From Tortispora ganteri (Eukaryota): a stretch of DNA of 64,000 bases. A model generated the notes under the pieces. That model made no database searches. It was not told the origin of the DNA and saw only the letters and a list, made by a program, of their open reading frames with translations. The stretch's first letter is position 1, and the number at the start of each line of letters is the position of its first letter. The position numbers and the translations under genes are program-made. Of this stretch, positions 30,578 to 40,546 are shown one piece after another. The stretch is from positions 1 to 64,000 of the forward strand of contig PPNB01000013.1 in the NCBI GenBank assembly GCA_003707115.1, read 5' to 3'.

Positions 30578-30788
30578 TGACTTCTTGGTATTCCGTAGCC
30601 GGCCAGGTACATTGCCTTTGGTAAAACCATTGCGTAGCTTGTAGCCGCACTCTCTGTCAAATCCGTGCTGTCTCCAGGTAGACTTCGCGTGCCGTTTGAA
30701 GTGCCAGATTAACGATTCCTCATAGAGCAGTCTAAGCGCCCTCTAGGGGAGCTGTACTGTTCCCCTGGGCCGGTGTGCTCTTACAATC
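30578..30788 (+). ncRNA. Candidate box H/ACA RNA, family unassigned
   Basis: Intergenic block, more GC-rich than its flanks, with ANANNA (AGATTA 30706-30711), a 3' hairpin (AGAGCA/TGCTCT lower stem, AGGGGAGC/GTTCCCCT upper stem) and ACA at 30783-30785. Confidence 0.45.
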
Positions 30789-30822
30789 ACTTAAATCTTG
30801 TGTGTATAAATTTCATTTGCTG

Positions 30823-32223
30823 CTAATTAATCATCTTAAAAATATCTCCCCAGACAAGGTCAAAACGTGCACCCATCATCCATGCCGCCAGAGTCAATGA
30901 GCCGAAAATGAGTAAGAAACTCAGTCCGAACGCCGCGTATAAGTTAACCACCTCAGACTTACTCGGTTCTTCTTGGTTCTTCGCGTACGGTCCGCGTTTC
31001 TTCAACGCCTGAATCTGTTGGTAGGACATGCCTGCCGTCGACACTACTTTCCCTTCCACCGGCACCTGCGAAGGGAATATCGATTCCACTGTCTGTTGAA
31101 GTTTTCCGTACGCGATTTCTATGGACAAATAGTTTGGATCATCAGAGGTGATACGTTCGTGAATTCGTTGCGCGTACTCGAGAAAAATCTCGCACACGCT
31201 GCGTACTGATCGCGCGCGGTAAATCAGACTCACGGCTGTGCCTTTGCGAATCTTCACATTCCGCTTGAACATCTCTGGGTTGCGGAATATAAGCTCGAGT
31301 GTAGCAATAGCCATAACCTGCGGAATGGCGCAGAAGTCAAACAGTGACTGGTCTTTGACGCAAGTCAGGTATAGTAGACAGTCGGGCGCATGCCTCAACG
31401 CATCGCACACTAGTTCCGAGTTGCAGTAAAGAGCATTTTGAATCATTTCAGGTTTAGTGAACTCAGAAATGTCATTATTCTTTGTGTACTTAGCCCATAT
31501 ATCACTCGGCCAGAATACCCGCCCGTCTTCTAAGTCTTCGCGATAGTCTCTAATGATGTTGGTCTTCTGCAGGAACTTCCCCATAGAGTCCACAAGTATA
31601 GGGTGTTCCTTAATAGCAGGGTTGATAACGTTAGCTTCCAGCATAATCTCAGTCAGACAGACACCGACAATAGCAGCAACATAATAGCAATATTCATCGT
31701 ACTGTGCTACTGTTTTGATGCCTTCACTGTTGAACTGTTTGTCCTCGCAGTACTTGGCCATGCCCTCGCCCATCTTCTGACAATTGTTCTGGATCAGTAC
31801 CTGGTACGGTTTCTTTAGCTTCTTATACTCTCGCAATATGTAGTTAAACTCTACAAGCACCAGTCGGTCCTTCTCGTCCGGACCGTTTCCATCAAAGTGG
31901 TATTCGTCGCGATCCAGGTACGTATAGAACTCATTGAGTATCGGCACCTTCACTTCATTGGGTATTGTCATGTCGTCTTCAATTGTATCCAAGGCGCGCA
32001 ATACAAGATAGAAAATCATGATCACTTTCCTCAATTCAGGGTTCAAGTCTACAATGACGCGTACAAAAGAGCGAGAAGTAAGTTTTAGTAGCTTGTAGCA
32101 CATCTGCACGTCATTTGACTCAGTTTCCAGATCCCAGGGGTGCAATCGCTCATGATATAGCTTGTACTGAATCACATCTTTTAATTCATGAGGATGTAGC
32201 AAGAGCTGGCCCACAGTGTTCAT
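30823..32223 (-). CDS. ERG9: Squalene synthase (farnesyl-diphosphate farnesyltransferase), full-length paralogue A
   Basis: TSRSF, DTIEDD, FLQKTNIIRDY, FCAIPQVMAIATL, VKIRK and C-terminal TM helix. Some non-canonical residues, so orthology is unconfirmed. Confidence 0.8.
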   Translation of the reverse strand: MNTVGQLLLHPHELKDVIQYKLYHERLHPWDLETESNDVQMCYKLLKLTSRSFVRVIVDLNPELRKVIMIFYLVLRALDTIEDDMTIPNEVKVPILNEFYTYLDRDEYHFDGNGPDEKDRLVLVEFNYILREYKKLKKPYQVLIQNNCQKMGEGMAKYCEDKQFNSEGIKTVAQYDEYCYYVAAIVGVCLTEIMLEANVINPAIKEHPILVDSMGKFLQKTNIIRDYREDLEDGRVFWPSDIWAKYTKNNDISEFTKPEMIQNALYCNSELVCDALRHAPDCLLYLTCVKDQSLFDFCAIPQVMAIATLELIFRNPEMFKRNVKIRKGTAVSLIYRARSVRSVCEIFLEYAQRIHERITSDDPNYLSIEIAYGKLQQTVESIFPSQVPVEGKVVSTAGMSYQQIQALKKRGPYAKNQEEPSKSEVVNLYAAFGLSFLLIFGSLTLAAWMMGARFDLVWGDIFKMIN

Positions 32224-32856
32224 CGTTATGATGTCTATTAGGATGTTTCAGCCTTAGTCAAGTTCAGACTGGCGTCGAGGACAGGGATTTCATAGAAGGG
32301 TCCGGGGTTAAATGACAGCCCTAATAACCCTATATGAATGTGTGGGGATGGCAGACGCGGCATTTCGTGCTGAGTAATTGATACATGTGGGCACCGAGAT
32401 CAGCGCGATAAGCCCTGTGTTTGTAGGACAAAGTGCTGTTTGATTGTTAAGCATACATGATAAAAAAATGGTGGAAAGCGCCTTATGCAATCAGACCTGC
32501 TGTTGACCTAAGATACTCTCTCATATGGTGAATAATGCTAATATATGATTTAGATTTACAGATTTTAGCGATCGTCATCATTGTATATCAGCGAGCAATT
32601 GCTCATCAGTCATACTTACTAAACATTCTTTGAAGTAAAGGAACAATTTTCTAATTCTGGTAATGATTTAAGTTTGCGCATACACCTAACTGGATAAGCA
32701 AGCGCTTTCAGTATAGAACAAGCGTTATAATTGGCTGTAAAAGAAGTTTATCAGTCGGCCAGTGAGATTTTCTATCGCATTAGGCGATATACGATAATTC
32801 TACTGGGTAACCCACCCCCCGCATTTCATATAAAGGACACAAGGGAAGATTAGTGA

Positions 32857-34386
32857 ATGACGTTTTCGTCAATACTACGAAGAATTAACGTCAGATCTAT
32901 ATCGACAATGACTTCAATTGAGCTCACTTTGCCGAACGGCGTGAAGTACACCCAGCCCACTGGTTTATTCATCAATAACGAATTTGTGCCATCGAAAGCC
33001 GGTGGCACTATCGAGTCCATTAACCCCTCTACTGCGAAACCCATTTGCTCTGTGTTCGCAGGCGATGAGACAGACGTGGATATTGCCGTAGCAGCTGCTA
33101 AGAAAGCGTATAAATCTTGGAAGAAGGTCACACCTACTGAACGTGGCGCTATTCTGTACAAGTTTGCCGACCTTGCCGAAAAGAATTTCGATCTTCTCAC
33201 TGCCGTCGAGGCCTTCGACGCTGGCAAACCCGCCAAGCAAAACAGTGCCAACGATGTGGCCGAGCTTATTAGCGTTTTCCGCTACTACGCCGGATACGCC
33301 GACAAAGTCAGCGGCCGTACCATCTCAAGCACCGCAGAGAAGTTCGCTTACACTGTGCGCGAACCACTTGGCGTGTGCGGTCAGGTCATCCCTTGGAACT
33401 TCCCTCTGTTGATGGCTGCCTGGAAAATTGCTCCTGCGCTCGCTGCGGGAAACACCGTCGTTATGAAACCTTCAGAGTTTACTCCTTTGAGTATTTTGGT
33501 TCTCATGACTCTTGTCGCCGAGGCCGGTATCCCTGCAGGTGTGCTGAATGTCGTCAACGGTCTCGGCTCAATTGCTGGTGCAGCCTTGGCTTCGCATCCT
33601 GATGTCGCTAAAATCGCTTTCACTGGTTCGACCGCAACGGGTAAGCGTATTATGCAGACCGCTGCAGGCACATTGAAAAAGGTTACCCTCGAATGCGGTG
33701 GCAAGAGCCCACTGATCATTTTTGATGATGCCGACCTCGATTTAGCCGCTACATGGGCGCATATCGGTATTATGTATAATAGCGGACAAGTATGTACATC
33801 GACCTCGCGTCTGTATGTACACGAAAAGGTATATGATGCGTTCTGCACGAAATTTGTCGAGCACGTCAAGAAGGCATCGGTTATCGGCGACGTATTTGAC
33901 GAATCTACTTTCCACGGCCCGCAGGTTTCGAAGCCGCAATTTGACAAGATTATGTCGTACATCGACATCGGTAAAAAGGAGGGCGCCACGGTCGCGCTCG
34001 GTGGTGAAGCCATTGACCGCGAGGGATATTTTATCTACCCGACTGTATTCACGCACGTGAACGACGATATGCGCATTGTAAAGGAAGAGATCTTTGGCCC
34101 CGTTGTCGCAATTGGTTCTTTTACCTCAGAGGAGGATGTCATTGAAAGGTGTAATGCCAGCGAATACGGACTTGGAGCTGCTGTCTTTTCGAAAGATGTT
34201 GCTCGTGCACATCGCGTCAGTGCTGAATTGGAAGCAGGAATGGTATGGATCAATTCTTCTAACGATTCTGATTTCCGTATCCCCTTCGGCGGCTACAAAC
34301 TTTCGGGTATGGGCCGTGAACTGGGTATTGAAGGCATTGATAACTATACCCAAGTAAAAGCAGTTCATGTGAATATTGCTGAATAA
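32857..34386 (+). CDS. NAD(P)+ aldehyde dehydrogenase (Ald4/Ald5-like)
   Basis: IPWNFP, FTGSTATG, LECGGKSP, GQVCTS, EEIFGP and PFGGYKLSG. Confidence 0.96.
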   Translation: MTFSSILRRINVRSISTMTSIELTLPNGVKYTQPTGLFINNEFVPSKAGGTIESINPSTAKPICSVFAGDETDVDIAVAAAKKAYKSWKKVTPTERGAILYKFADLAEKNFDLLTAVEAFDAGKPAKQNSANDVAELISVFRYYAGYADKVSGRTISSTAEKFAYTVREPLGVCGQVIPWNFPLLMAAWKIAPALAAGNTVVMKPSEFTPLSILVLMTLVAEAGIPAGVLNVVNGLGSIAGAALASHPDVAKIAFTGSTATGKRIMQTAAGTLKKVTLECGGKSPLIIFDDADLDLAATWAHIGIMYNSGQVCTSTSRLYVHEKVYDAFCTKFVEHVKKASVIGDVFDESTFHGPQVSKPQFDKIMSYIDIGKKEGATVALGGEAIDREGYFIYPTVFTHVNDDMRIVKEEIFGPVVAIGSFTSEEDVIERCNASEYGLGAAVFSKDVARAHRVSAELEAGMVWINSSNDSDFRIPFGGYKLSGMGRELGIEGIDNYTQVKAVHVNIAE

Positions 34387-34627
34387 GTTACTATTATTGG
34401 TTACTTATTTGAGTACACTAAGTGATTATTCCACGCTGATCTATGACAATAATCGTCAGCTTGATGCTTGTCGTTTTCGTGCTGACATTGCTGACTGTAG
34501 TTGCCTAAAACGGTATTACTCCCAATTACTCCACTTGACTATATAAATGCGAAATCGCACCGTAGGACTGGCTTTCCAGATCTAAAAAATACAAAAAAAC
34601 ATAAAATTGATTTACCAACAAGATAAA

Positions 34628-35599
34628 ATGCGTTCAAGAATAATCGATAAGGTATTTCTTGCTGCTGAACAGGCTGAGGGCGTTGGTGCTAGAGTCCGCC
34701 GTTCAATTGGCAGTAGAACAGTCCGCAACTTCTCGCCCTTCCTAATGCTCGACCATTTCAGCGTATCGCCTAAAGCAGGCTTTCCTGATCACCCACATAG
34801 AGGCATGGAAACAATCACATATGTTCTAGATGGACAGATTCAACATGAAGATTTCACAGGATCAAAAGGCACGCTCAACCCGGGAGACTTGCAGTTTATG
34901 ACCGCCGGAAGGGGTATTGTTCACGCCGAGATGCCTGTACCTGATTCAGACAAGAACATAGTCGGCATGCAATTGTGGGTTGATCTGCCTTTAAAACTTA
35001 AGGACACCGCTCCAAGATATAGAGATTTGCACTCAGGAGAAATTCCTGTGGCAAAAATCTCCAAATCTGGCAAGATCACAGCCTCAACTTGGCAAGAAGA
35101 GAAGTGTAACAATGATCCTGACACAGCCGCCATTATTCGAGTCATATCCGGCCAATCGCATGGTGTAGACTCTATTAGAGAACTGTCTTATACTACAGTC
35201 TGGTATCTTGACTTCACTTTGAGACCTGGCGCCAACATCGAACAGCTCCTTCCCGAGGGCTACAACGCATTCGTATACGTCCTTGAAGGCGACGCTGTTG
35301 TTGGCGGTTCTCGTGTAGCTCAGTACAATTGCGCATTGCTGACAAACAAACCTGGCGAAAATGGTATCAGTTTGTCCGTTCCAGATATTGAAGAGGTAGG
35401 CTCTTCTGAGCATCAAAAGGAAACGAGGCTCATTGTTGTTGCCGGTGAGATCCTTGACCAGCCTATTGTACAGTATGGTCCTTTTGTGGTAACGTCTATG
35501 GAAAAAGCTCAACAGGCATTCTTAGACTATCAAACCGGTAGAAATGGATTTGAAAGATCCGTCGGCTGGCACTCGGAAATCGGTCAACGTCTCATGTAA
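34628..35599 (+). CDS. Pirin family cupin
   Basis: EGVGARVRRSIG, GFPDHPHRGMETITY and MTAGRGIVHAE. ATG at 34628. Confidence 0.95.
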   Translation: MRSRIIDKVFLAAEQAEGVGARVRRSIGSRTVRNFSPFLMLDHFSVSPKAGFPDHPHRGMETITYVLDGQIQHEDFTGSKGTLNPGDLQFMTAGRGIVHAEMPVPDSDKNIVGMQLWVDLPLKLKDTAPRYRDLHSGEIPVAKISKSGKITASTWQEEKCNNDPDTAAIIRVISGQSHGVDSIRELSYTTVWYLDFTLRPGANIEQLLPEGYNAFVYVLEGDAVVGGSRVAQYNCALLTNKPGENGISLSVPDIEEVGSSEHQKETRLIVVAGEILDQPIVQYGPFVVTSMEKAQQAFLDYQTGRNGFERSVGWHSEIGQRLM

Positions 35600-35756
35600 C
35601 AAAACATTCCTTGAATGTCCATGAGAATTATCAGACACATTATTTTGTACATTTGTTAAAATTTTAAAATATTATTTTCTTTTTTATTAAGGTATTCTCA
35701 AGCTAAAACCATTTAATTAATATTGACCTATAGAAGTATGCGTTAATATGTATCCG

Positions 35757-37100
35757 TTAGTCCATTGCCAAACGACTCCGTAGAATCATGTCCATGACGT
35801 GTTCAGGCACAATACTGCCAATAATGTCATATGAACGTGCACCAAGTCCAGCATAATATATCCTTGGGGGTTTAGGATCAGTTAAAACGTCAAATATAGC
35901 CCAATAGAGTCGTTTTAATGAGCTTCCACGTAACGACACCAAGTCATCCTTCTCAATCGCGGTGCCTGTGAATTCCAGAGCATCGATAGCATCAGAACGT
36001 CCAGAATTTCTGATTCGTGGTGCTGAAAATCGAATAGCGTTAGTGTACGTGTGACCATATACTCGACGAGCATTCTCGGACCAAGTGAGCACATCTGACC
36101 GGGCTGCAGAAAGCACATGTCGTGCATAGTAATGTGAATAGTTAGGTCCAGCCGTAGATAGATCAAAAGCGCCTAGACGTATATTTATTACAGGAACATT
36201 AAGCGGTCTGAGTTCGCGTGACAGGCACAGAGCGAGTGATGACAAGGAGGCAGACACCACACACTCCATAGAATGATACGGCAGCTGTAAGGCGGGCACA
36301 ACTGCAGGAGTAAGTATGATGACACGAGATCGATGCTGTCTAACTAAGTGACAGAACCCCTGTGACAATAATGCAACACATCCAAGAACTTTGGCGTAAA
36401 TAACGTCTGTCCAGGCATCGATCGACAGGGTTTCCAGCGGTCCAGTTGGGTAATACATTGAGGGCAAAATTATAAGACCGGCAAAGCAAAGTTTATGCGG
36501 AGTGGCGCCTGGGAATGCTAAAGAAGGAGTATCTAGAAACGAAGAGAATCTATCAAATTCCGACTTTATAGCGGCTGTGTCTGAAGAATTGAGTCTGAGA
36601 GACCTGATATCGGGAGAGTCTTCTCGTCCGACAGCAGCCTCTTCTTCTGCTGACGATACCACACAGTATATTATAAAACCACGCTTGTCAAGGTCGTTAA
36701 CCACAGACTTGAATATCTGTTCGCCAGGTGAACCTGCAATTACGACCACTTCTTTTCGCGCACCGTTAGGGGCTCGCTGGGCCCGTCGCTTGCGTCGCTT
36801 GCGAACGCGCGGTGCGGACTTGTAAAAGTAGAAAACAGCTCCTAAACCAATTGCAGCACTTGCAATCACATATACACGATTCCGCGTAAACCACGATGTG
36901 CCTGTATCGCCACACACGTCAATTTGGGGCGGATCAGGGATGGGATCAGGACTAGAGCGGTGCCATGGAAAGTAGTCAAGAATGCGCTTTGTTGGTAGGA
37001 TATCCGGCACCTCATGAATTAGATATTGCAATTTATCATGAAAATCAATAGACAAGGCGTAAAATTTGTCTAGAACGTATTCCAGAGGATCGCCAGACAT
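35757..37100 (-). CDS. DUF1776 / Ysc83-like protein
   Basis: TM segment followed by RRAQRAPNGARKEVVVIAGSP and DLDKRGFIIY, degenerate SDR-like domain. Confidence 0.75.
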   Translation of the reverse strand: MSGDPLEYVLDKFYALSIDFHDKLQYLIHEVPDILPTKRILDYFPWHRSSPDPIPDPPQIDVCGDTGTSWFTRNRVYVIASAAIGLGAVFYFYKSAPRVRKRRKRRAQRAPNGARKEVVVIAGSPGEQIFKSVVNDLDKRGFIIYCVVSSAEEEAAVGREDSPDIRSLRLNSSDTAAIKSEFDRFSSFLDTPSLAFPGATPHKLCFAGLIILPSMYYPTGPLETLSIDAWTDVIYAKVLGCVALLSQGFCHLVRQHRSRVIILTPAVVPALQLPYHSMECVVSASLSSLALCLSRELRPLNVPVINIRLGAFDLSTAGPNYSHYYARHVLSAARSDVLTWSENARRVYGHTYTNAIRFSAPRIRNSGRSDAIDALEFTGTAIEKDDLVSLRGSSLKRLYWAIFDVLTDPKPPRIYYAGLGARSYDIIGSIVPEHVMDMILRSRLAMD

Positions 37101-37364
37101 TCAGAGATCAAAACGGCGAAATGAGGAAGGCAAAGGGGGTGGGAGTAAAGACATACAGTCAGTTCAACTGTATGAATATACAGATAACGGCTTGTCATTG
37201 GTTGGTTTGTTTGGGAGTTCCTGCCTTTAGCAGAACAAGCTCCTTTGGTTGTAAATACCACACTTTTACTTTTCAATAGTGCTTCAAGACTTGATCAGTC
37301 ACGTCAGGAGGTTTCTACATAGATCGTTGCCGTTAGGACGCTGGCCACGTGACTTGAATAGAAA

Positions 37365-38183
37365 ATGCAGCGTCCTAACCCCGAGATTGGAGACATAACG
37401 GCTTTGAAGAAACAACCAGAGTACGATCGTGCCTTGGATATGATGAAGAGGCTAGCTGCTCAAGTTAAACCAATAATGCAAGCGCGCTCTCTTAAAGTAC
37501 GTGTTTTAGCTGAATTTTATCCGAAAGACAAGCGACTACTAGGGCTGAACGTGAATAGAGGCGCAAAGATACTAGTTCGTCTCCGAATACCAGATGACCC
37601 GAAAACCTTTTTTCCATTTGAGCATTGTCTGGGGACATTACTGCACGAACTGGTTCATAATACATATGGCCCACATAACGAGGCTTTTTACAAGCAGCTG
37701 GATCAGTTATGGAACGAGTACGAAACGCTTCACGACAAGGGCTACACTGGTGACGGGTTCTACTCACAGGGAGAACGTCTGGGACGATCAGGCAAAGTCG
37801 CCAATCGCAAAATGCCTTTGAGAGAACTTGCATTAAAGGCTGCTGAAAACAGGACGAAGGCTCGCTTGCTAAGTGCTGGTTCTGGTCAGAAGCTCGGAGG
37901 TAGCAAAAGGGCTTCTGCAAAGCCAACCAGAGAACTGCTTGGATCGGCCGCCGAGCGTCGTCGTGCTGACGATCTTTGGTGTTCTGGAGTTATCAGCGTT
38001 GACGATGATGAGTTAGAGGGTAGTAATAGCGACAACACATTTGCCGATGCGCACCCCGTTGAATACTTATCGCAAACCTCATCCAAACAGGCTCCGCATG
38101 CTCGCCCACTAAACTCTGATACAGCTAATAGGTTAGTGAAAAAGCCAAGAATAGTCGATATTATTGAAATTGATTCAGACTAA
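37365..38183 (+). CDS. WSS1: WLM-domain metalloprotease
   Basis: LAEFYP, LLGLNVNRG, LHELVHN, GPHN, FYSQGERLG, AAERR and C-terminal SIM (IIEIDSD). Confidence 0.93.
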   Translation: MQRPNPEIGDITALKKQPEYDRALDMMKRLAAQVKPIMQARSLKVRVLAEFYPKDKRLLGLNVNRGAKILVRLRIPDDPKTFFPFEHCLGTLLHELVHNTYGPHNEAFYKQLDQLWNEYETLHDKGYTGDGFYSQGERLGRSGKVANRKMPLRELALKAAENRTKARLLSAGSGQKLGGSKRASAKPTRELLGSAAERRRADDLWCSGVISVDDDELEGSNSDNTFADAHPVEYLSQTSSKQAPHARPLNSDTANRLVKKPRIVDIIEIDSD

Positions 38184-38332
38184 TGCACACATACATTGGT
38201 AGCGCGTGGTTGGTCTACACTTCCGGCAGGTTTCTGCTTGTTACGTCGCGGCCAGCGATGATTTCGCTATGCAGGTGAAACTTTAATTTTAGCAACAGAC
38301 AAAACTATTGAACACGCGTTTATCGACATCAA

Positions 38333-39658
38333 ATGGCCTCGAAAGACAGGTCGCCTTTGGATATTCTGGCTTTAAAAAGCTCAGCATTGAAATCTAAACT
38401 ACAACAGAGACAGAACGATGCAGAATTGTATGAATACCGCGGCTCTCCTATGCGATTATCGACCGTGTCTACCGCCAGTTTGGAATCTCGATCTACTCGG
38501 CGCACTAGCCTCGAATCTAGTGTTTCATCGGTCAGCACACTGTTGCGAGACGACACTATACCATTATATCACGAAAACGAATCAGAACCAAATAACTTGA
38601 CTAATCAGCTCAACGTGTTCCAATTCCCTCCTCCGCGCAGCAGTGTGGATTCTACAAGGACAGAGACTATGCCCGCTTCAGACGCGCCGTTGCAAGTACC
38701 ATCCACATCGGTCATGAACCACCATTCTCGCAGTAGTTCGTTTCAGAGCGCATCTAATGTCAATTTTTCAAGGCCACTAAGCCGCCAAATTACACCTGAC
38801 ACTATAACACATTCCAGGGAGAACAGTTTGGACCCTCCTCATGACGATTCTCATCGATTTCCGAAGAGAACTTCATCCCTCTTCGCAGGTATAGACAATC
38901 CCGGGTTTACTGATAGTTATGCAGATAAAGAGTATACGCATAGGTCAGGCAGCTTGTCGCCACCGCCGCGACGTCTTCACGTCTCCAAGCAGCCTTCATT
39001 GTCAGAATTGACTAAATTGGAGCTGTCGAATATAGGTTCATCGCATACGCGACTAGAATTGTCATATTCCGATTATGTCAAAGCTGGCACGGATTTGTTT
39101 GACCGCGGTGACCTGCGAGACGCTGCTTATCATTTTAGATGCGCTGCTGAAAGGTCTAGTATTGGCGGATCAGTGCTGTATGGACTATGTCTTCAAAATG
39201 GATGGGGCGTTAAGAAGGACATGAATGAAGCATTCAAGTGGGTTCAGAATGCTGTACAACTGTGCGAAACTGGTGTTGATATGTCTGAACAATTCAGTTT
39301 GACGCCGCGATTTGTGCAGAAAACAGCTAGCGCTAAATCTCGCACCTACAAGACGCTGGCGTTGAGCGAGCTCGCTAACATGTACAGGAACGGCTGGGGT
39401 TGCAACATTGATGAAGAAGCTGCTATAAAGATATTGATACAGAGCGGCAGCGAGGGTGATGCACAGTCTTATGCGCAAGCTGCGGACATATATGCTGTCA
39501 GCACGCCTAGACGAAAGAAAGACCTAAAGAAGGCCGCGCAGCTGTACCGTCTAGCGGAGTCTATGGGCCACAAAACAGTAGGGACTAGTTGGATCTACAA
39601 AGAAAAGTACATGGACGGCAAGGGGGAACACAAGCATGGGAAATTTTTTCGGTTCTAA
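38333..39658 (+). CDS. Sel1-repeat protein, Dsf2-like
   Basis: Disordered N-terminus, LYGLCLQNGWG, ELANMYRNGWG and KKDLKKAAQLYRLAE...VGTSWIYKEKY. Confidence 0.75.
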   Translation: MASKDRSPLDILALKSSALKSKLQQRQNDAELYEYRGSPMRLSTVSTASLESRSTRRTSLESSVSSVSTLLRDDTIPLYHENESEPNNLTNQLNVFQFPPPRSSVDSTRTETMPASDAPLQVPSTSVMNHHSRSSSFQSASNVNFSRPLSRQITPDTITHSRENSLDPPHDDSHRFPKRTSSLFAGIDNPGFTDSYADKEYTHRSGSLSPPPRRLHVSKQPSLSELTKLELSNIGSSHTRLELSYSDYVKAGTDLFDRGDLRDAAYHFRCAAERSSIGGSVLYGLCLQNGWGVKKDMNEAFKWVQNAVQLCETGVDMSEQFSLTPRFVQKTASAKSRTYKTLALSELANMYRNGWGCNIDEEAAIKILIQSGSEGDAQSYAQAADIYAVSTPRRKKDLKKAAQLYRLAESMGHKTVGTSWIYKEKYMDGKGEHKHGKFFRF

Positions 39659-39725
39659 CCGAGTTTTTACGAAATTTTACGACTTACGATATTTTACCAT
39701 TTACAGTATTCGTAGAATTCATAAA

Positions 39726-40406
39726 TTAGAGAGTAGGTTCGTAATCACTGTCATCATCTGAGCCAACAGGGGGAATGTCAGGCTCGTAGTCATCGCCATC
39801 TGAAGCGGAATCCACTTCTGTGGTCTTAGAGCGTTTTTCTAGGTAGTATTTTGCCGCTTCTTCGTCCGATCGTATCCGCATTTCGGGGCCCATAGAAGTG
39901 AATTTCGGGTGAGTATCTGGGCACTTTTTTCCCAAAGGACAGAATCCAGTAAGGTATCGCAAACACATAGATCTACGGACGTGGCGTTTTGGGCAATTTG
40001 GACCGAGTCGACAGAATCCGCGTATATAGTTTGGACACTCTGGAATTTTGCTGAGCGGATCGATGTGCAGATAGAGACATTCCCCACCTTGCGCGCATTG
40101 ACCCGACCGAGCGAAGTACGTACATTCAGGCATGCGTCGTAAATTGTATTCATGTAAAAAGTCGCATGTGTCGCCTTTCTTGCACAGACCGCGCAGCCAG
40201 TGCTTGCAGACGTGGCGTGAGGACGTCACATTGCTCGGAATTGTGTGTCGATCGGGGCAAGACCAGCCGTTAGGACAATGTTGCGTCAGATAGAACTTGC
40301 ATACAGGTCTGTTTGGATCAGTGTCATACCTATATTCTTTCTTAAGGAAATCTTCAAATCGGAATCGGTACTGATCCGATCGTGCAGTCGCAACTGGGTC
40401 TGACAT
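39726..40406 (-). CDS. YTH1: mRNA 3'-processing CCCH zinc-finger protein (CPSF30)
   Basis: Five CCCH fingers, [30 protein letters not shown]. Confidence 0.96.
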   Translation of the reverse strand: MSDPVATARSDQYRFRFEDFLKKEYRYDTDPNRPVCKFYLTQHCPNGWSCPDRHTIPSNVTSSRHVCKHWLRGLCKKGDTCDFLHEYNLRRMPECTYFARSGQCAQGGECLYLHIDPLSKIPECPNYIRGFCRLGPNCPKRHVRRSMCLRYLTGFCPLGKKCPDTHPKFTSMGPEMRIRSDEEAAKYYLEKRSKTTEVDSASDGDDYEPDIPPVGSDDDSDYEPTL

Positions 40407-40546
40407 GGCTAGGTAGTGTGTGTGTGTGTGTATATATGTGTAGAAGGGTGGGTGGTTAAGGTCCTGGAGGTGGGTTTAAATGCTACGGGTGCATAGCAAC
40501 GGTAACAACACAGAGAATCGTGAGAAGGCATGAGTATTCGTCTCTT

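Noticed and set aside
30587..30632. Assigning the candidate RNA to snR30/U17 or snR42
   Set aside because: The m1/m2-like motifs are not in the 3' hairpin next to ACA, and the snR42-like halves leave a 4-nt rather than 2-nt gap.
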